Shown piece by piece: positions 1 through 13,745 of a stretch of 64,000 bases of DNA. How positions within the stretch are numbered: the stretch's first letter is position 1; every line of letters starts with the position of its first letter. Under the pieces are notes generated by a model. The model was given only the letters and a program-made list of their open reading frames with translations, was not told where the DNA came from and did no database searches. The stretch comes from Tubiluchus corallicola. Taxonomy: Eukaryota > Animalia > Priapulida. Position numbers and translations under genes: made by a program. Where the stretch lies: NCBI GenBank assembly GCA_030141605.1, contig JAQGDQ010000296.1, positions 225,273-289,272 of the forward strand, read 5' to 3'.

Positions 1-3000
1 AAGCTGGTGAACGTCTGGTTTCAGTGATTTAACTCTGACGCGATTTTCCTCTACGATCGAATACTCATGTACCCACCCAAGTGACCTAGCTACCAGGAGA
101 GTAATTTATGAGATCAAAATGCGATTTATGTAGAACACCAAATTAAATTAAAAAGGCAAAAAAAGTAAATTTTAAATTTTATCTCTTCATCATCAGCCTA
201 GCTTATGAATGTAAACAAATAGTGTGCACGGTTGTTAGGCTAGTGATTCCTTACATTATCATACTGGACCATCACAATATTGTTAATGCTACACTTGCAC
301 TGCTGTCTATTACTGCTGGCTAGTACTGCTGTTGGTGTTGCTTTATTTGATAGTGTTGATGATACCGGCGTCAGCAATAATGATAGTACTCGCCGTGGTC
401 CTGTTGCTGCTGCTGTTATAGTGCTACTACTGTTGTTATTTCTACTGCTTCTACTACTGCTGTTGCTGTTTTGTGACTTACTGATGTAATGATGTGGTAC
501 CTTGATGATGCTCTCAACTGAGCATCAACCCCAACTACAGTTATCGGCACTTTGCTTGATGCTACAATACTACCACCGATCCTGCAAACAGGAAAGTGTC
601 TTGCAGAAATCGTCAGTATTTAATATAACTGAAGTGCTAATCACCGATTCCTGTGAACAAAATTATTATTCAAAAGCATTTCTAGGCGATTTAGTAAAAT
701 TCAAATTTGAAGAAAAAACCAAAAAGCAGCTGTTCTTCCATCTGGTTTTACTGATTACATATTTTACTTGCAACATAGCGTCGTGCTGCCTTTCACAAAC
801 TGAGATAAAATCACGCAATTTCTTAAAAGATTCAAAGCTTTTGCCCCGGGGTGTAATTATACAAAATATGAAAAGCTAGCCCTGCACAGAATTTCCAATT
901 TTCTGCAACAAATTACTGTAATTAGGCGTTATACAGGCATCAAGTTGAAAGGGGTTGTTTTTTCAGAAATTATTGCGACTCTTTATAACGATTTACCTTA
1001 CTTGAGAAACGCTCAAGAAGTAAATCTTGCCTTCACTTCCCTTCTCTAGTTGAATTTAAATTTAGTTACATTGAGTAGGTGATTTTCAAATTTTTGAACG
1101 AACGAACAACATGCAACGGACGAACAAGCAAATGGCTTCAAAATTTGCATTGATTAAAGATTTGCTCCATTTTAATGTAATTCTTTGAAAATGCATATAC
1201 AGTATATGTAGACGAATGTTTATTACCATGGTACCCTAGCGCATATATTGCAAAATTCTGATTTTATATATTCGCTAATTTATATTAAAGCTATGCTTCA
1301 AAGCGACCTATGAACCTAAAAGAATTTTATAGTTACTCTTGTAAAATTTTACATTTATATTTTAACTAGTTAGGTTCTTAGTGTTGTAGTTTTTAGCTTG
1401 CAGATATTTCGCTGCATGTATTTCTTTAAATTATTATTATACGGTTAATTTCATTTTTGATTGAAATAAAACATATAAATTAACTGAAGAACAAACAAAT
1501 CAATAGCTGGAGAGACTAGAGCGAGAATGCATGAATGAATAAATGAAATTATGAAGCCTAGTAAATAAAGGAACGAAGGAATAATTGGATAAAGAAGTGA
1601 ACGAACAACTGAATGACCAAAATGAATGGTCGGATGATGAGTTTTCTCTTGGGAATTTTCCAAATCGGTAAGCAGTGCATTTAACCACACTGCTTGACCG
1701 ACTTCAATACTAGCAATTGGTGGACTTAATAGAAACGTAGCAAAATGTTATTATTCATCCTTCTGAAAAATTTAATTTTCATAGTAAGAATCAGTAAGCA
1801 AGTTGGAATTTAGAAAATGTCGCCCTTTTGTTTAAGTGCATTTTAATATAATTTGGTGTTTTTTATTCCAGACAAGGTACATGCTTGTAGATGATGGACG
1901 TATAGTTAATGAGCTCAAAGTTTCAGCACATTTAATATCAGACATTTCAGATTTAAATTTTGTTGGCTCTGTGAATTTCCCTCGAGACACGAATGAAATC
2001 TTCTCTAATCTGTTTATATTCGTTGTGGAATTATGTAAAATTCAGCTCGATGAAAACACTTTCAGTCAGCCCGATTGTACATGCAGACGTGAAAAAGCCA
2101 CTAAATCTGGCTTTTCATCATTTTAATGTATATGCTAGCAGCTTGTCAGTAATAAAATCTACGCTTTTCATTAAATTGACACGGCCATTACATTATTGTG
2201 CGCAGACGTTTGTTATAGTTTCACGCAGAACTATAAAGATTATGATTTTGTTTTTGCATTATTTGCTTGACTTCAATTGTAAGGTTTAGTCGGATAAGAT
2301 TTAAAAAGCAGGCGTGGCCATGTCATGCAAGAAGTTATAAAAACACTGACCTTTGATGATCTTCATGTGCCAACATCATAATAAAATGTTTATAGTTCTT
2401 AAATGTTTATAAATTAATGTTTTATATTTTTCTTGCATAATGTTAAGGTTTCTGTGTACGGATTTACTCTTTTCGTTTTCTTTCCATGGCTGCTTATATA
2501 TGGAATTTTTGCCATGTGTCGTGTTTACTACTCATTATAACCGGACAGTAAAAGAGACAGTATAATAACCGGACAGTAAAACATCGCTTCTCAAAAAAGA
2601 CTCCAACGTCACCAATTCTTTTATGCAAGCAACTCCAGAAAAGTATAACCTAACAGTAGTCCTATCAAGTTCGTTTAGTCATAAATGGACTTTTTGATCA
2701 ACCTCCTGTCTGAACATGTTAAAAGTGTAAATCGGTTCGCACCATGAAGAGGCGACTTTCCTTGTTCATGATTTACTTCATTAACACTGAATCACGCAGC
2801 CAATCAACAAGAAATCTGAGAATGCAGTTTCCTTCAAAACTAATTACTAACGATTGCATCTCGGCTGCTGTGGAATCTTTTCTCCACAGTGCTTTGCAAA
2901 TGTTAAATGCTGCTCATTAAAGACTTCTACAGATAATGTGCTTCACAAAACTCTTGAGGTAAGAGTAATTAACAACCAAGAAGGTGACCGAAACGAATTG

Positions 3001-3925
3001 TAAATCTGAATGTCGCCAAATTAAATTTTAGCGTAGCTTTTGAGCATTCTACAGTAATATTAGAGCTATGAAATATACATCAACCAAAGATGCCAACCAA
3101 TAAAAGTACGCCATTTTCTATACAAAACTATTCATTTTCTTTATTCCATTTTAAATTTGTTCGACGCAGAGCTAGATGCATATTTACAGAGACTGGCTCA
3201 CGTATTTGAGAAACTTCGCTTTTAATTTTGTTCGTATAACTTGGCTTATTTCATCAAAAATATTTCCAACAAATCAAACACATAATCATAGTTAGAAGAA
3301 TTTACAGAACAAGTGAAAATCTTGATCTCAATAAAAATACATTTAGTTTTTCTAGATTAAAAATTTTGTGCATTTCAGGGCACTAAATAGCAATACAGAT
3401 GCCTAACATTACTAATGCAAAACACATCAAGACTGTCATGCTGTTGACTCATACCGCTGCATTTTTAATTGGAGAACCAATGGAAAGTCACAGTAAAAAC
3501 GTAGTGAATTGTTATTATGAGAAATCCTCTGAATTCCAATTTTCTGAAATTTTGAGTGCCTTTTTTATATATTTTTATTTTCTTGATATAGTGGCTGGTT
3601 GATTTCGTAACTGCCTCAAATGGAGAGTTTTGGATGAGTAAACGTTTTCAGCAAAAGCACCGTCCTTGCTTTAACAAACACACAAAATGATGGATGGTGT
3701 CTCAGTCCCGCCTTCTGGGCGCCCTGGTGGTAAATTGTCATTACAACCCTCAGATAAATATTCTGCATTTGATATATTGTCCACTCCGTCATACAGATTT
3801 CGTTTGAACTACAGTAAACTAATGAGAAATTTATTAGAATAAATGAGTAGGCCCTGTATAAAATTGCCCCATTAAAACTCAAAATACGCAACTATAACAG
3901 GCGAAAAACTTATTAAAGCTCCAAA

Positions 3926-4376
3926 AGTAAAGTAAGGTAAGATAACATAAGGTAAGGTAAGGTAAGGTAAGGTAAGGTAAGGTAAGGTAAGGTAAGGTAA
4001 GGTAAGGTAAGGTAAGGTAAGGTAAGGTAAGGTAAGGTAAGGTAAGGTAAGGTAAGGTAAGGTAAGGTAAGGTAGGGTAAGGAAACGGTAAGGTAAGGTA
4101 AGGTAAGGTAAGGTAAGGTAAGGTAAGGTAAGGTAAGGTAAGGTAAGGTAAGGTAAGGTAAGATAAGGTTAGGTAACGTAAGATAAGATAAGATAAGATA
4201 AGGTAAGGTAAGGTAAGATAAGCTAAGATAAGATGAGATGAGATGAGATGAGATGAGATGAGGTGAGGTGAGGTGAGGTGAGGTGAGGTGAGGTGAGGTG
4301 AGATGAGATGAGATAAGATGAGATAAGATGAGATACGATGAGATGAGATGAGATGAGATATGATAAGATAAGGTAA
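3926..4376. repeat. Compound pentanucleotide microsatellite (GGTAA/GATAA/GATGA/GGTGA)n
   Basis: Read directly. Confidence 0.97.
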
Positions 4377-4434
4377 GATCTTTGTTTAAACTCAAGAGCT
4401 ATAATATATATTGTGTGTGCGCGTGCATTCCGTG

Positions 4435-4554
<120 letters not shown>

Positions 4555-6036
4555 CAAAGTAAGATCCGGTAATCTGAGTAATCAGTGCATGCGAGGTCTG
4601 ATTGTTATTACAAGGCACACTAATTGTAAAGTGAGCTTTCTTTCATCTTAAGTCACTAATTTAAAAGACAGGCAAACTGCCGCCGACAGGCACAGTTTTT
4701 TGTCCAATCAAATATTATCTTTAATAAAGCTGATTGTCAATGAGAAGCACTTAGTGGATCACCGTGGATGCAAAATAACCACAAACTGGTTAACACGAAA
4801 AAGAAGAAACGTGGATTTGGAGAACAGAAGAGACGAAAGTTGCTAGCGAGTAAGTCAAACTCGAACAAGTTTTTCATCTTTATTTTCTTATTTAGAAGAT
4901 TACGGGCTTCTTACGTTAAAACAGATGAGACACATTATTATACTTAAAGCTTACTAAATCTTGCTAGAGAATTTGTATTTGCTTGAAATTCACCAACATT
5001 GTGCGTCGCGTTTCTCTGCGAAAATTAATCATTATTCTTTTCAGGATATAAAACACACGAATTAATATTTTCAAACAAATATGACATCAACTGAATCTAA
5101 ACTGTATCTGATTCGCATTTTATAAACAATTCGTTACAAACAACCCACTTTGATATATTTATGACGCTTGTAGAGATCACGTTGTGTGTATAGAAAAGCT
5201 TTTGAATTTCTTAACAGCTTGCAGTATTATTCATTGTTGATATTCAATTTTATAGATCGTGCCGAAGATTTTTACAAAGTTCTCAATTTATTTGCACCCG
5301 AATATCTAGTTCAACTTATAGCTAAACGTAAAAGAGGTTGAAATTAGCGTTTTATCTGTTTGACATTCTAGGCGTCTGCAGCTTTCATAAGCTACCGGGT
5401 ACGTCACTGGCAGAGCGCCCAACCATGAAAAACCATAAAATAATTGTATTGCGGTTTCAAAACTTTTGCAGTAGTTAATTTTGGCCTTAATAGTGCTAAG
5501 GTTTTACACTGACTCATTTTACTAGTTACTACTTAATCGTCAAAAAACACTATTTTAATGTTATTTTAATTCGAGGTCCAATACGTCCTATAGTTATAGG
5601 CTCCTAGCACTGTCAAGCAATTCGTTACAGACTAAGCTCATAGCACAGTCGAGCTATACGCTACAGATTTATCAACTCTGATTTGTAAATTTCACGTTGC
5701 GGTAAGTCAGTTTCACGCAATTTATATGAGACTTGCGTGAGCGAAGAAAGCCGGATTCACAATGCAGTCACTAATTAAAAACCACACACTCAAGGTCAAT
5801 AAGGTCGTTAGGCTCGGAAACATGGAAGTAATGTTGGCTAATTAAAAAAATTAACGAGTGGCATATTGAGAGCTTCAAATAGGCGTCAAACTCGGGTTGT
5901 CAAGTAGCCTAGGCTACTAAACGTCAAACCATAATAGACGAATTGTATAGTGAGTAGAAAATATTAATTAAAAAAAAAATAAAAACATGCCCAAATTGAA
6001 AGTTAATCGACTTCTTTCAGAAAATAAATGACATGC

Positions 6037-6518
6037 TTAAAGGAAAACTGGATTTTTTCATCTCCCATTTTGACCTGTAGCCCAAAGCATGCATTTTGTC
6101 ACCTATAACAATTATTGAAATTATTTACATATTATTTCAGATACTTAATTAACAGCTGATGGGCGCGGCTAACGATGACGTTGCTATTGGGCAAAATTTT
6201 TAACATGTGAAACCTTTCATGAGCCTGTGTTTGCGAAAGCAAAAATTGAAATACACTGAAAATAAAACGCAAAAGCTTGGTAAGTTTTAACGTCACACTT
6301 CAAGTTTTACAGTCATCGTTTGGGTAACACTGATTTCATGAAATTTATCAAGTACGGCGTTCAAGTACGAATGGTTGAAAGCGTGCACAATGAAAAGCTA
6401 ACAAAATTAGACATCAAGGTAATAAAGTAGTTCTTATAAAAGGCATATTTCTATTTCAGTACTGATTCCATACGTCATTTGCGCTATTGCGTAAAATTTT
6501 GTCCACCTCTTCCTTTAA
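6037..6518. mobile_element. TTAA-flanked non-autonomous DNA element (Kolobok/T2-MITE-like)
   Basis: TTAA-AGGAAAACTGG ... CCACCTCTTCCT-TTAA short imperfect TIRs; left end resembles the 52834 element end. Confidence 0.45.
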
Positions 6519-7914
6519 GCATCCCGAAATTTTGTTTCGTTTTTTCTAGCACGTAGCCGTCGTCCAGTTTAAAGACTAGCTAATACAATTAATTTATCAT
6601 TTGATCAGTAATTATTAATGCAGCTCAGTAATTTTAATTCTATGAATAGCTGAGCTGATTTCCAGCCAATTAGATTTTTTTTAGTGCCCACAGATAAAGT
6701 TTGATTAGGATGCAGCAGGCCTCATGCATTTTAACTTTCTTTTGAAAAGTTTTGTTTAATCAAAATATTTCCTGTAAAATAGCGATAAGAACTATTATAT
6801 GAAAAAACGCACAAAATGATTAGGATTAAAGATGAATGCAAATCTTAAGGCACAAAATAATAAACGCTATTGTATCATTCTGATATCGTGGCTGGCTGCA
6901 ATTACCTTCCGCTCTGTGTACAATTACCAGTTCATGTTTTTGTCGAAGCCCACACATGCAGTAATAGCCAATAACAATTATTTCTCAGATAGGCCAATTG
7001 TACCCTAAATTTTACAAAAATAACTGATTGGTATGCCTATGTGATACACCATAATAATGATTTTCCAGAAAGTGGTCGCATTTCGCTTTTCTTCCCCTGT
7101 TAATAAGTTGGAATGTATTCTACTCAACCACCCGCGGTTTCCTAATACGCGTCAGGTTCCGGTATTAAATGTAATATGAACTGCTGAATTTCGTTCTTCG
7201 ATTTACGGCTTATACGGTTTTAAATTTTTAAGGGTAGACCTGTTTTATTTTTGCTTGAAATTTCGCTCTAGTAGTTTACACCTGTGAATTCTTTCCATAG
7301 GCTTTTGTTTGCCTATTATCTGCCATTTCATTCAATTATACTTAACCTGAATAACTATGTGTGACTGATATGAATAGGAAAACTGAAAGAAACGAGAAAT
7401 GTCAGCCTGGATAATCCGGAACTCAGAGGCTGTACCAATGATCGCTGTCAGTTTGTATGTCCCAGCAAGCAATATGAAATAGCAGACGAAGGACATTAGA
7501 ACTGCTACTGAGAACTGCAAGACTTGAGCAGCAGAATAAAGCCACACGTTGGGTGCAGCAGGTAATTTAGCAATTAAGGCAAACTAAATTAATTGCATAT
7601 TATAGCTGAACTGTACAACAACTATAGACGTCCAATGAAAAGATTAAAAAAATCTTTTGAGAACAAAATGACATCATAAAATTTAATTACGTCACTGTAA
7701 ACGATATTTTGATATCGTTCATGTTTTGCTTCTAATATTAAGAATCAGTCTTACTGAATATCTACATTACCTTGAACAATTTAATATTCGTTATATAACC
7801 AATAGCATTAGAGTAGATATTGGGGTTTAAATTTACTTGATGTGTTATAACAATAATATAATGCAAAAAGAATACGCTTAATAGAAGTCAAAATGAGGTA
7901 CTTCAGTTCAGTTC

Positions 7915-9020
7915 TCTATATTGATTGTAGCAAGCTATGACTGCCGTAATCTTACTGACAGGTAAACTTTGGTCGTTTTGTATTTCTGTCGCTTCAGTAC
8001 GTTCTAACTTTTACAAGAAAAACAAATCATTCTCTTAATTTAGTGAATACACGATATATTCGAAGTGTATATACAAAAAAAGTACATTGCGGTCGAAAAT
8101 TACTCTTAAAAAAGGCAAAGTAGTTCAGTTGCAAGCGCAACTTCTTGTACATCTATTGTACATAGCTTAAGAGAGGAGCTAGATGTCATGTAATACAACT
8201 GTTTGCTATATCACTTATGGAGTGTCACTCAGTTTCCATCATAAATTATTATAAAACCAGGCTAAATAATCCTAGTTTCTAATCATTACTTGATCATCAT
8301 ATTTGAACATCAGAATAATTAGTAGCGCATGTAAACGAAAAGACGAAAATTTTACGAGGTGCTGAATGGAGGTAGAGCTCTACAAAACGCACAGGTTTGG
8401 TTACTCCTTATTGTGTAAAAATGTAAACTCCCCAACGTGTTTCAAACAACAATCAAGTTTTAACGTGTCTATATTGATTGTAGCAAGCTATGACTGCCGT
8501 AATCTTACTGACAGGTAAACTTTGGTCGTTTTGTATTTCTGTCGCTTCAGTACGTTCTAACTTTTACAAGAAAAACAAATCATTCTCTTAATTTAGTGAA
8601 TACACGATATATTCGAAGTGTATATACAAAAAAAGTACATTGCGGTCGAAAATTACTCTTAAAAAAGGCAAAGTAGTTCAGTTGCAAGCGCAACTTCTTG
8701 TACATCTATTGTACATAGCTTAAGAGAGGAGCTAGATGTCATGTAATACAACTGTTTGCTATATCACTTATGGAGTGTCACTCAGTTTCCATCATAAATT
8801 ATTATAAAACCAGGCTAAATAATCCTAGTTTCTAATCATTACTTGATCATCATATTTGAACATCAGAATAATTAGTAGCGCATGTAAACGAAAAGACGAA
8901 AATTTTACGAGGTGCTGAATGGAGGTAGAGCTCTACAAAACGCACAGGTTTGGTTACTCCTTATTGTGTAAAAATGTAAACTCCCCAACGTGTTTCAAAC
9001 AACAATCAAGTTTTAACGTG
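7915..9020. repeat. Head-to-tail tandem duplication, 2 x 553 bp
   Basis: 7915-8467 equals 8468-9020 with no difference seen by eye; TC microhomology at the junction. Confidence 0.95.
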
Positions 9021-11624
9021 TCGCGTCATCTGGTGAACTTTAGAGAGCATATCTGAAATCCAGGCTGAAAGCCTGCGTCCCTTAGAAACAAAAGGACAAA
9101 TATTTGAGGAAAAATTGCTGTCTGACAACTTTACTGTATTATTTTTACGCAATTTTTGATAAGAAGCGAGAAAAAGTATGCTTTTGATATTAATTTATGG
9201 CATTTATTGTAATCCTAATTCCTGTGGCGACCTTAATTCAAAATTACTTTAGTACTTTGTGTCTTTCAAAGAATCGTACTTTTTGTTCTTTTGATCTGGT
9301 TTGTCAAGAACAAATTAAATACATATAAAACAGGTAAACATTTCACCATTCAAATGTCATGGTTTAAAAGACATCAGCTCTTTTTAACTCTGTCTCTCGA
9401 GGCTTGTGTCTTTTTCAAGGACAGATAAAGAGGTTTTAAACTCCTCTAGGATTTCAAATTCGAATTCGCCTCATACAGCCAAACAAGTTGCTTAGGCATA
9501 TCCTGCTCTAGTGGGAATTTATGCTGAGAAAATTCGATAAATACTGCTACAGTTGTTATACGTAGGGTGATTGTCCTTAACACAAAATGCATTCTTTGCC
9601 ATGGAGGCTCATTAGCAAGCAATACTTGGATGTATACTTGGAGAAGAAATGGTATTGATTTTTTTCAAATTTTAATGCAAGTGTGTACGCACTTAACTAT
9701 GCACGCTGCCTGTTATAACCAATAATCACAAATTCGGATATAACTAAAACAAAAATTTTAGTTTTATCGCGGACATTAGTCTTTTCTTAAGAAAATATTT
9801 CAAAAACAACTCATCTTAATCCTCGATAGAGAAGGCATCTATTACCTGTGGCTGCAATATGGTAATTCGAATTTAACTTATCCAGCACTATAAATGCAAA
9901 TTGTAAAATATCTAAACTTTAATTTGCTAATAATAAATAGCAAAATAGTAATAGCCCGAGGTTTCTGGCTTATTTACTTGACGAAACGTACTAAATTAAA
10001 TACCAAAAAGTGGACCCACAGCGGAAACAACAAGTAAAGAAAAACACTTTGTATGAGTTGTATTAAAACTCTAACTACTAGCTTTAAATCAAACTAAACA
10101 ACAAAACAAAAGTCACACTGGCGTAGCCAAGATTTAATCAGTTATAAAAAACATCTTCTTGGAATTGTGTATGAATTTTACGTGTTTCGTGTAATCGTAT
10201 TAAGAAAATGACATAATATTTTTTTATATTTATTTCAAGTTCGCATATCGATTAGCGAGTTTTGGCGCGCAATGGACAAGTGTTGCCAGTTACCCATTGT
10301 CTCATATTTTCACACAGGCGGTGCTAACTAGAAAAAATAGGCCTACCTGACCGGTAAACATTTGTGTGAAAGTATGAACTGATGGGTCTTTGTCCCATCG
10401 GATTTTTGTTAAAATTCATTTAACAGATTCCTCCCTCTAACCTAGAAATTTGAAATCTTCTGGGTTACACCTATTTGATTGATTTGGGGTTTATGCGAAA
10501 ATTTCACGCTTTTTGAATTTGAATATATCACAATTCATTATTGCAGAAAAACCAAACCCGCAATAGTTAATGTAAAAGCAATAGCAAATCAATACCGAAG
10601 CCGCCAATATAAAAAATATTATGATGTGATTTTGACGTGTTACGTGTGTTAGGCTTCTTTAATTAAAAAATTCAGTTATTTTGCAAATAAACGTCAAGTT
10701 TAGATTAATCTCTTCCAGGATATAGAACGGATATTGTGGTATACCTTAATAAGATTTACCTAATAAATAAGGTTTTTAAGAGAGAAAGTTATTAAGGTTT
10801 AGTTTAGTTTAGTTTAAACTTTATACATTTAAATGAATTTCCGTAGTCTGTATTGTAAATTCACTTTAAATGAATGAAATTTAAACTAAATTAAAGCTTA
10901 GTTTATAACTTTCGCCCGAGTTATTCTCATAACTGAAAAAAACTGGCTTTTACACAATCGTACTATGCACTATTAATACTACCTCCCATTAATAAACGAG
11001 GAGATTATGAGCGCACATTTCACTTAGTGTAGGCAGTAATTCTCCGTCTAAATACAGTCTGTTCTCCTTATTGTCATTTCTCTGCCAGTATCAGAGGCAG
11101 AAGAATGTGAAAAATTTACTAATTCAGCTTCTTGATTCATTTATTAAAAGAATATTGATGGGCGTGCACTCTGCCAAGGTTAAACTTCTCTGATAATCTA
11201 CCTCTCCAAAGATTTAGCGGCTCTGGGGAATCTTGAAAGACTTATTGAGTGCCTTCGTTGCATCTTTGAATTGATATAAACTGTTAAATCTCCTCACGGA
11301 ATGGCTATAATTCTTCCTACTTGAGTCTTTTAGAAATATCTTCATAGTTTTCGCTTGACATTCCAAAGTCAGCTGCAATCAAGAGAAATTCTTGGGTCGT
11401 AAAATTCACAGTATCTTGCGAGAAGAAATCGAAATTCTGAGAAGTGTTCTGTGCAACAACAGTTGTTTATAGGATATTCCGAAAAGAAACAATGCAATAA
11501 AAACAGATCAACTATGCCTAAATAAACCTAGACTTTTACGTTACGACATCATAATGATGTACGAATAATCTTACCTTTTTACGTTATTATTCCAATTTTC
11601 TTACCATGTAATTTACCTTGACAA

Positions 11625-12425
11625 CATTGTAAGCTTGCAAACTAGGCAGTTGCCTAGGCCCTAGGGCTCCAAATTCTACAAGTGACTCTTTAATTTTTGC
11701 ATGAGTAATAATAATATTGTGTGCACGTAACTGTTTAAGCTGCAAAACACTTTAATTAAATGAGGCGAACTCGTACTTGCGTTATTTTCATGTTGAAATA
11801 CATGATTCATTGACAGTCATCTTCTTTATAGTCTCAGCAAACACGTTCTACTTTTGATTCCCCCGCACTTTGTGATGAATGCATACAACAGCAGAGCAAC
11901 TAACGACTCCTCTCGTTAATAAAACGTTTCCTGCAATTGCACTGATCTAATTATGGCAGACACAGGTTAAATTATAGACTCGAAGCCTTTACGAAACAAA
12001 AGGTAAAAACGCTAGCGAGTGGTGACATTGAACAGCAGAAAGATTCGCCATTGAAATATTTGCAACAAGACAAGATGATGCAACTAGTGAAATGTATGTA
12101 TGTAAAAAGTAGTAACTGTTTCAAAAATTGTATGATGAAAAGGCTGAGTGAAATTCTAGCCAAAGGTATTAATGTAAAGAGTGTGCAACGCAAATTGCAG
12201 AAATTTTGATTGCGCCTAAAGACCAGCAGCAAGTCATAAATTCAATCAAATTCAACACAGGCTACACATAGGTATAATACTATAAATTGCTGAAGTTAAT
12301 TAGAACTCTTTAATATATGTAAAACCTAACAAACAAGTACCATTATACTTTATTTCGCATAAGAAAAATCAATAGGCTAAAATACTTTTGCCTAGCCTAA
12401 GGCGTCAAACTGGCGCGGGCCTTGA
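11625..12425 (+). mobile_element. Possible decayed hAT-like element
   Basis: Similar subterminal motifs near both ends (CTAGGCAGTTGCCTAGG ~11643; TTGCCTAG..GGCGCGGGCCTTG ~12390-12423) and an internal open stretch IEQQKDSPLKYLQ. Confidence 0.25.
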
Positions 12426-12696
12426 AGATTGGGTGCTTAATGCTTTCGCTAGTGCGCCGTTTTTGGAACACACTGTTACAAGGAAAGTCGATGTTACATG
12501 TTGAATTTTGTACTGAACCGGGTCAACTGTGATAGCAACGGAAATCGCCTAACGTCGGTACCCAAATTTTCGATTGTTGTATTCCTTAGGCCTTCACGCA
12601 TTTAAAAAAATTAATGAAATAAATAATGTTATAACTTGTCTTTGTAAAAAAGTCCCTGCAAATAGAGGGATTGTAAATAACTTTTTTCAAACAGAA

Positions 12697-12845
<149 letters not shown>

Positions 12846-13126
12846 CATTTATACATTACATTTACGAAAAAGCAAATTTGTGTTGTATCCATCAAAAACT
12901 TAAAGTAGTGAAGTAGTGGCGACCCTTTCGCTGTTTTTTCATGTCAGGTAAGGTTTGAATCCTGACTCAATCAGCTGATTGACTTGTAATGTAAACAGCC
13001 AGCGGTCTCAAGCACAGATGCACTCCATACAATAATGTATTAAAATATTATTTCACTTTATTTAACGTGAAAAACAATTGTGTGAAGCCGCCTCTGCACA
13101 GATTAGGAATTACTTTATGTTAGGAG

Positions 13127-13275
13127 ATGGAGTATATGCTTGGTGGACTGGGTGCCTGGGTAGCAGGTGTGTTTACTAACCCACTGGAGGTGGTGAAAAC
13201 CAGATTTCAACTTCAATGCGAACTTAAAGCACTAGGAAAATATACCAAGCATTTCAAAAATGTCTTCTACACATT
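13127..13275 (+). pseudogene. SLC25A35: Truncated 5' fragment of a mitochondrial carrier, SLC25A34/SLC25A35-like
   Basis: MEYMLGGLGAWVAGVFTNPLEVVKTRFQLQCELKALGKYTKHFKNVF contains the carrier signature PxE/DxxKxR and resembles the SLC25A35 N-terminus. Similarity is lost after ~50 aa, stop at 13330, and no further carrier exons were found in the window. Confidence 0.8.
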
Positions 13276-13629
13276 ACTGACTTTATGCGTGCTTAGTAAC
13301 TTAAGCAAAAATGTCGAGTCTGATCAGTAAATGTATAAATGTCTACCGGAAAAACTCTCTCTGAATGTATATATATGAATCTAGAATTCAAGATGGTAGC
13401 TCAAAAATCGACTGTGTCAATCGTTGTGCATATATTATATTATATATGTGTGCTATATTTTCTAACCCTTTCGTCTGTAATGTATATATATATATATATA
13501 TATATATACAGATCAGCTTATGCTTGGTACGTGTATTCCATCTATTAACATATTCGTCAAATACCGACTCCGTTAGTCGATGCGAAATTCGTTTTAGTAT
13601 ATTCCTATAATTCTGTGTTTTTACGACGA

Positions 13630-13745
13630 TCTAGAATTCAAGATGGCAGATCAAAAATCTGACCCTCTCAATCGATGAGGAATTCTTTCTAGTGTATTGC
13701 TGATGAAGTTTCCTGTTGTGAACTAGTAGAATTTTATGTTTCACA
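13630..13745 (+). repeat. Interspersed repeat unit CAA(G/A)ATGGCAGATCAAAAATC, also at ~13381 and ~32604
   Basis: Shared motif and downstream similarity among three positions. Confidence 0.55.

Noticed and set aside
3950-4160. (GGTAA)n as a telomeric repeat
   Set aside because: Its reverse complement is TTACC, not TTAGG or TTAGGG.
11130-11373. Minus-strand exon-like stretch after a ttgattgcag acceptor
   Set aside because: Multiple stops and no recognisable motif; cannot be assigned.
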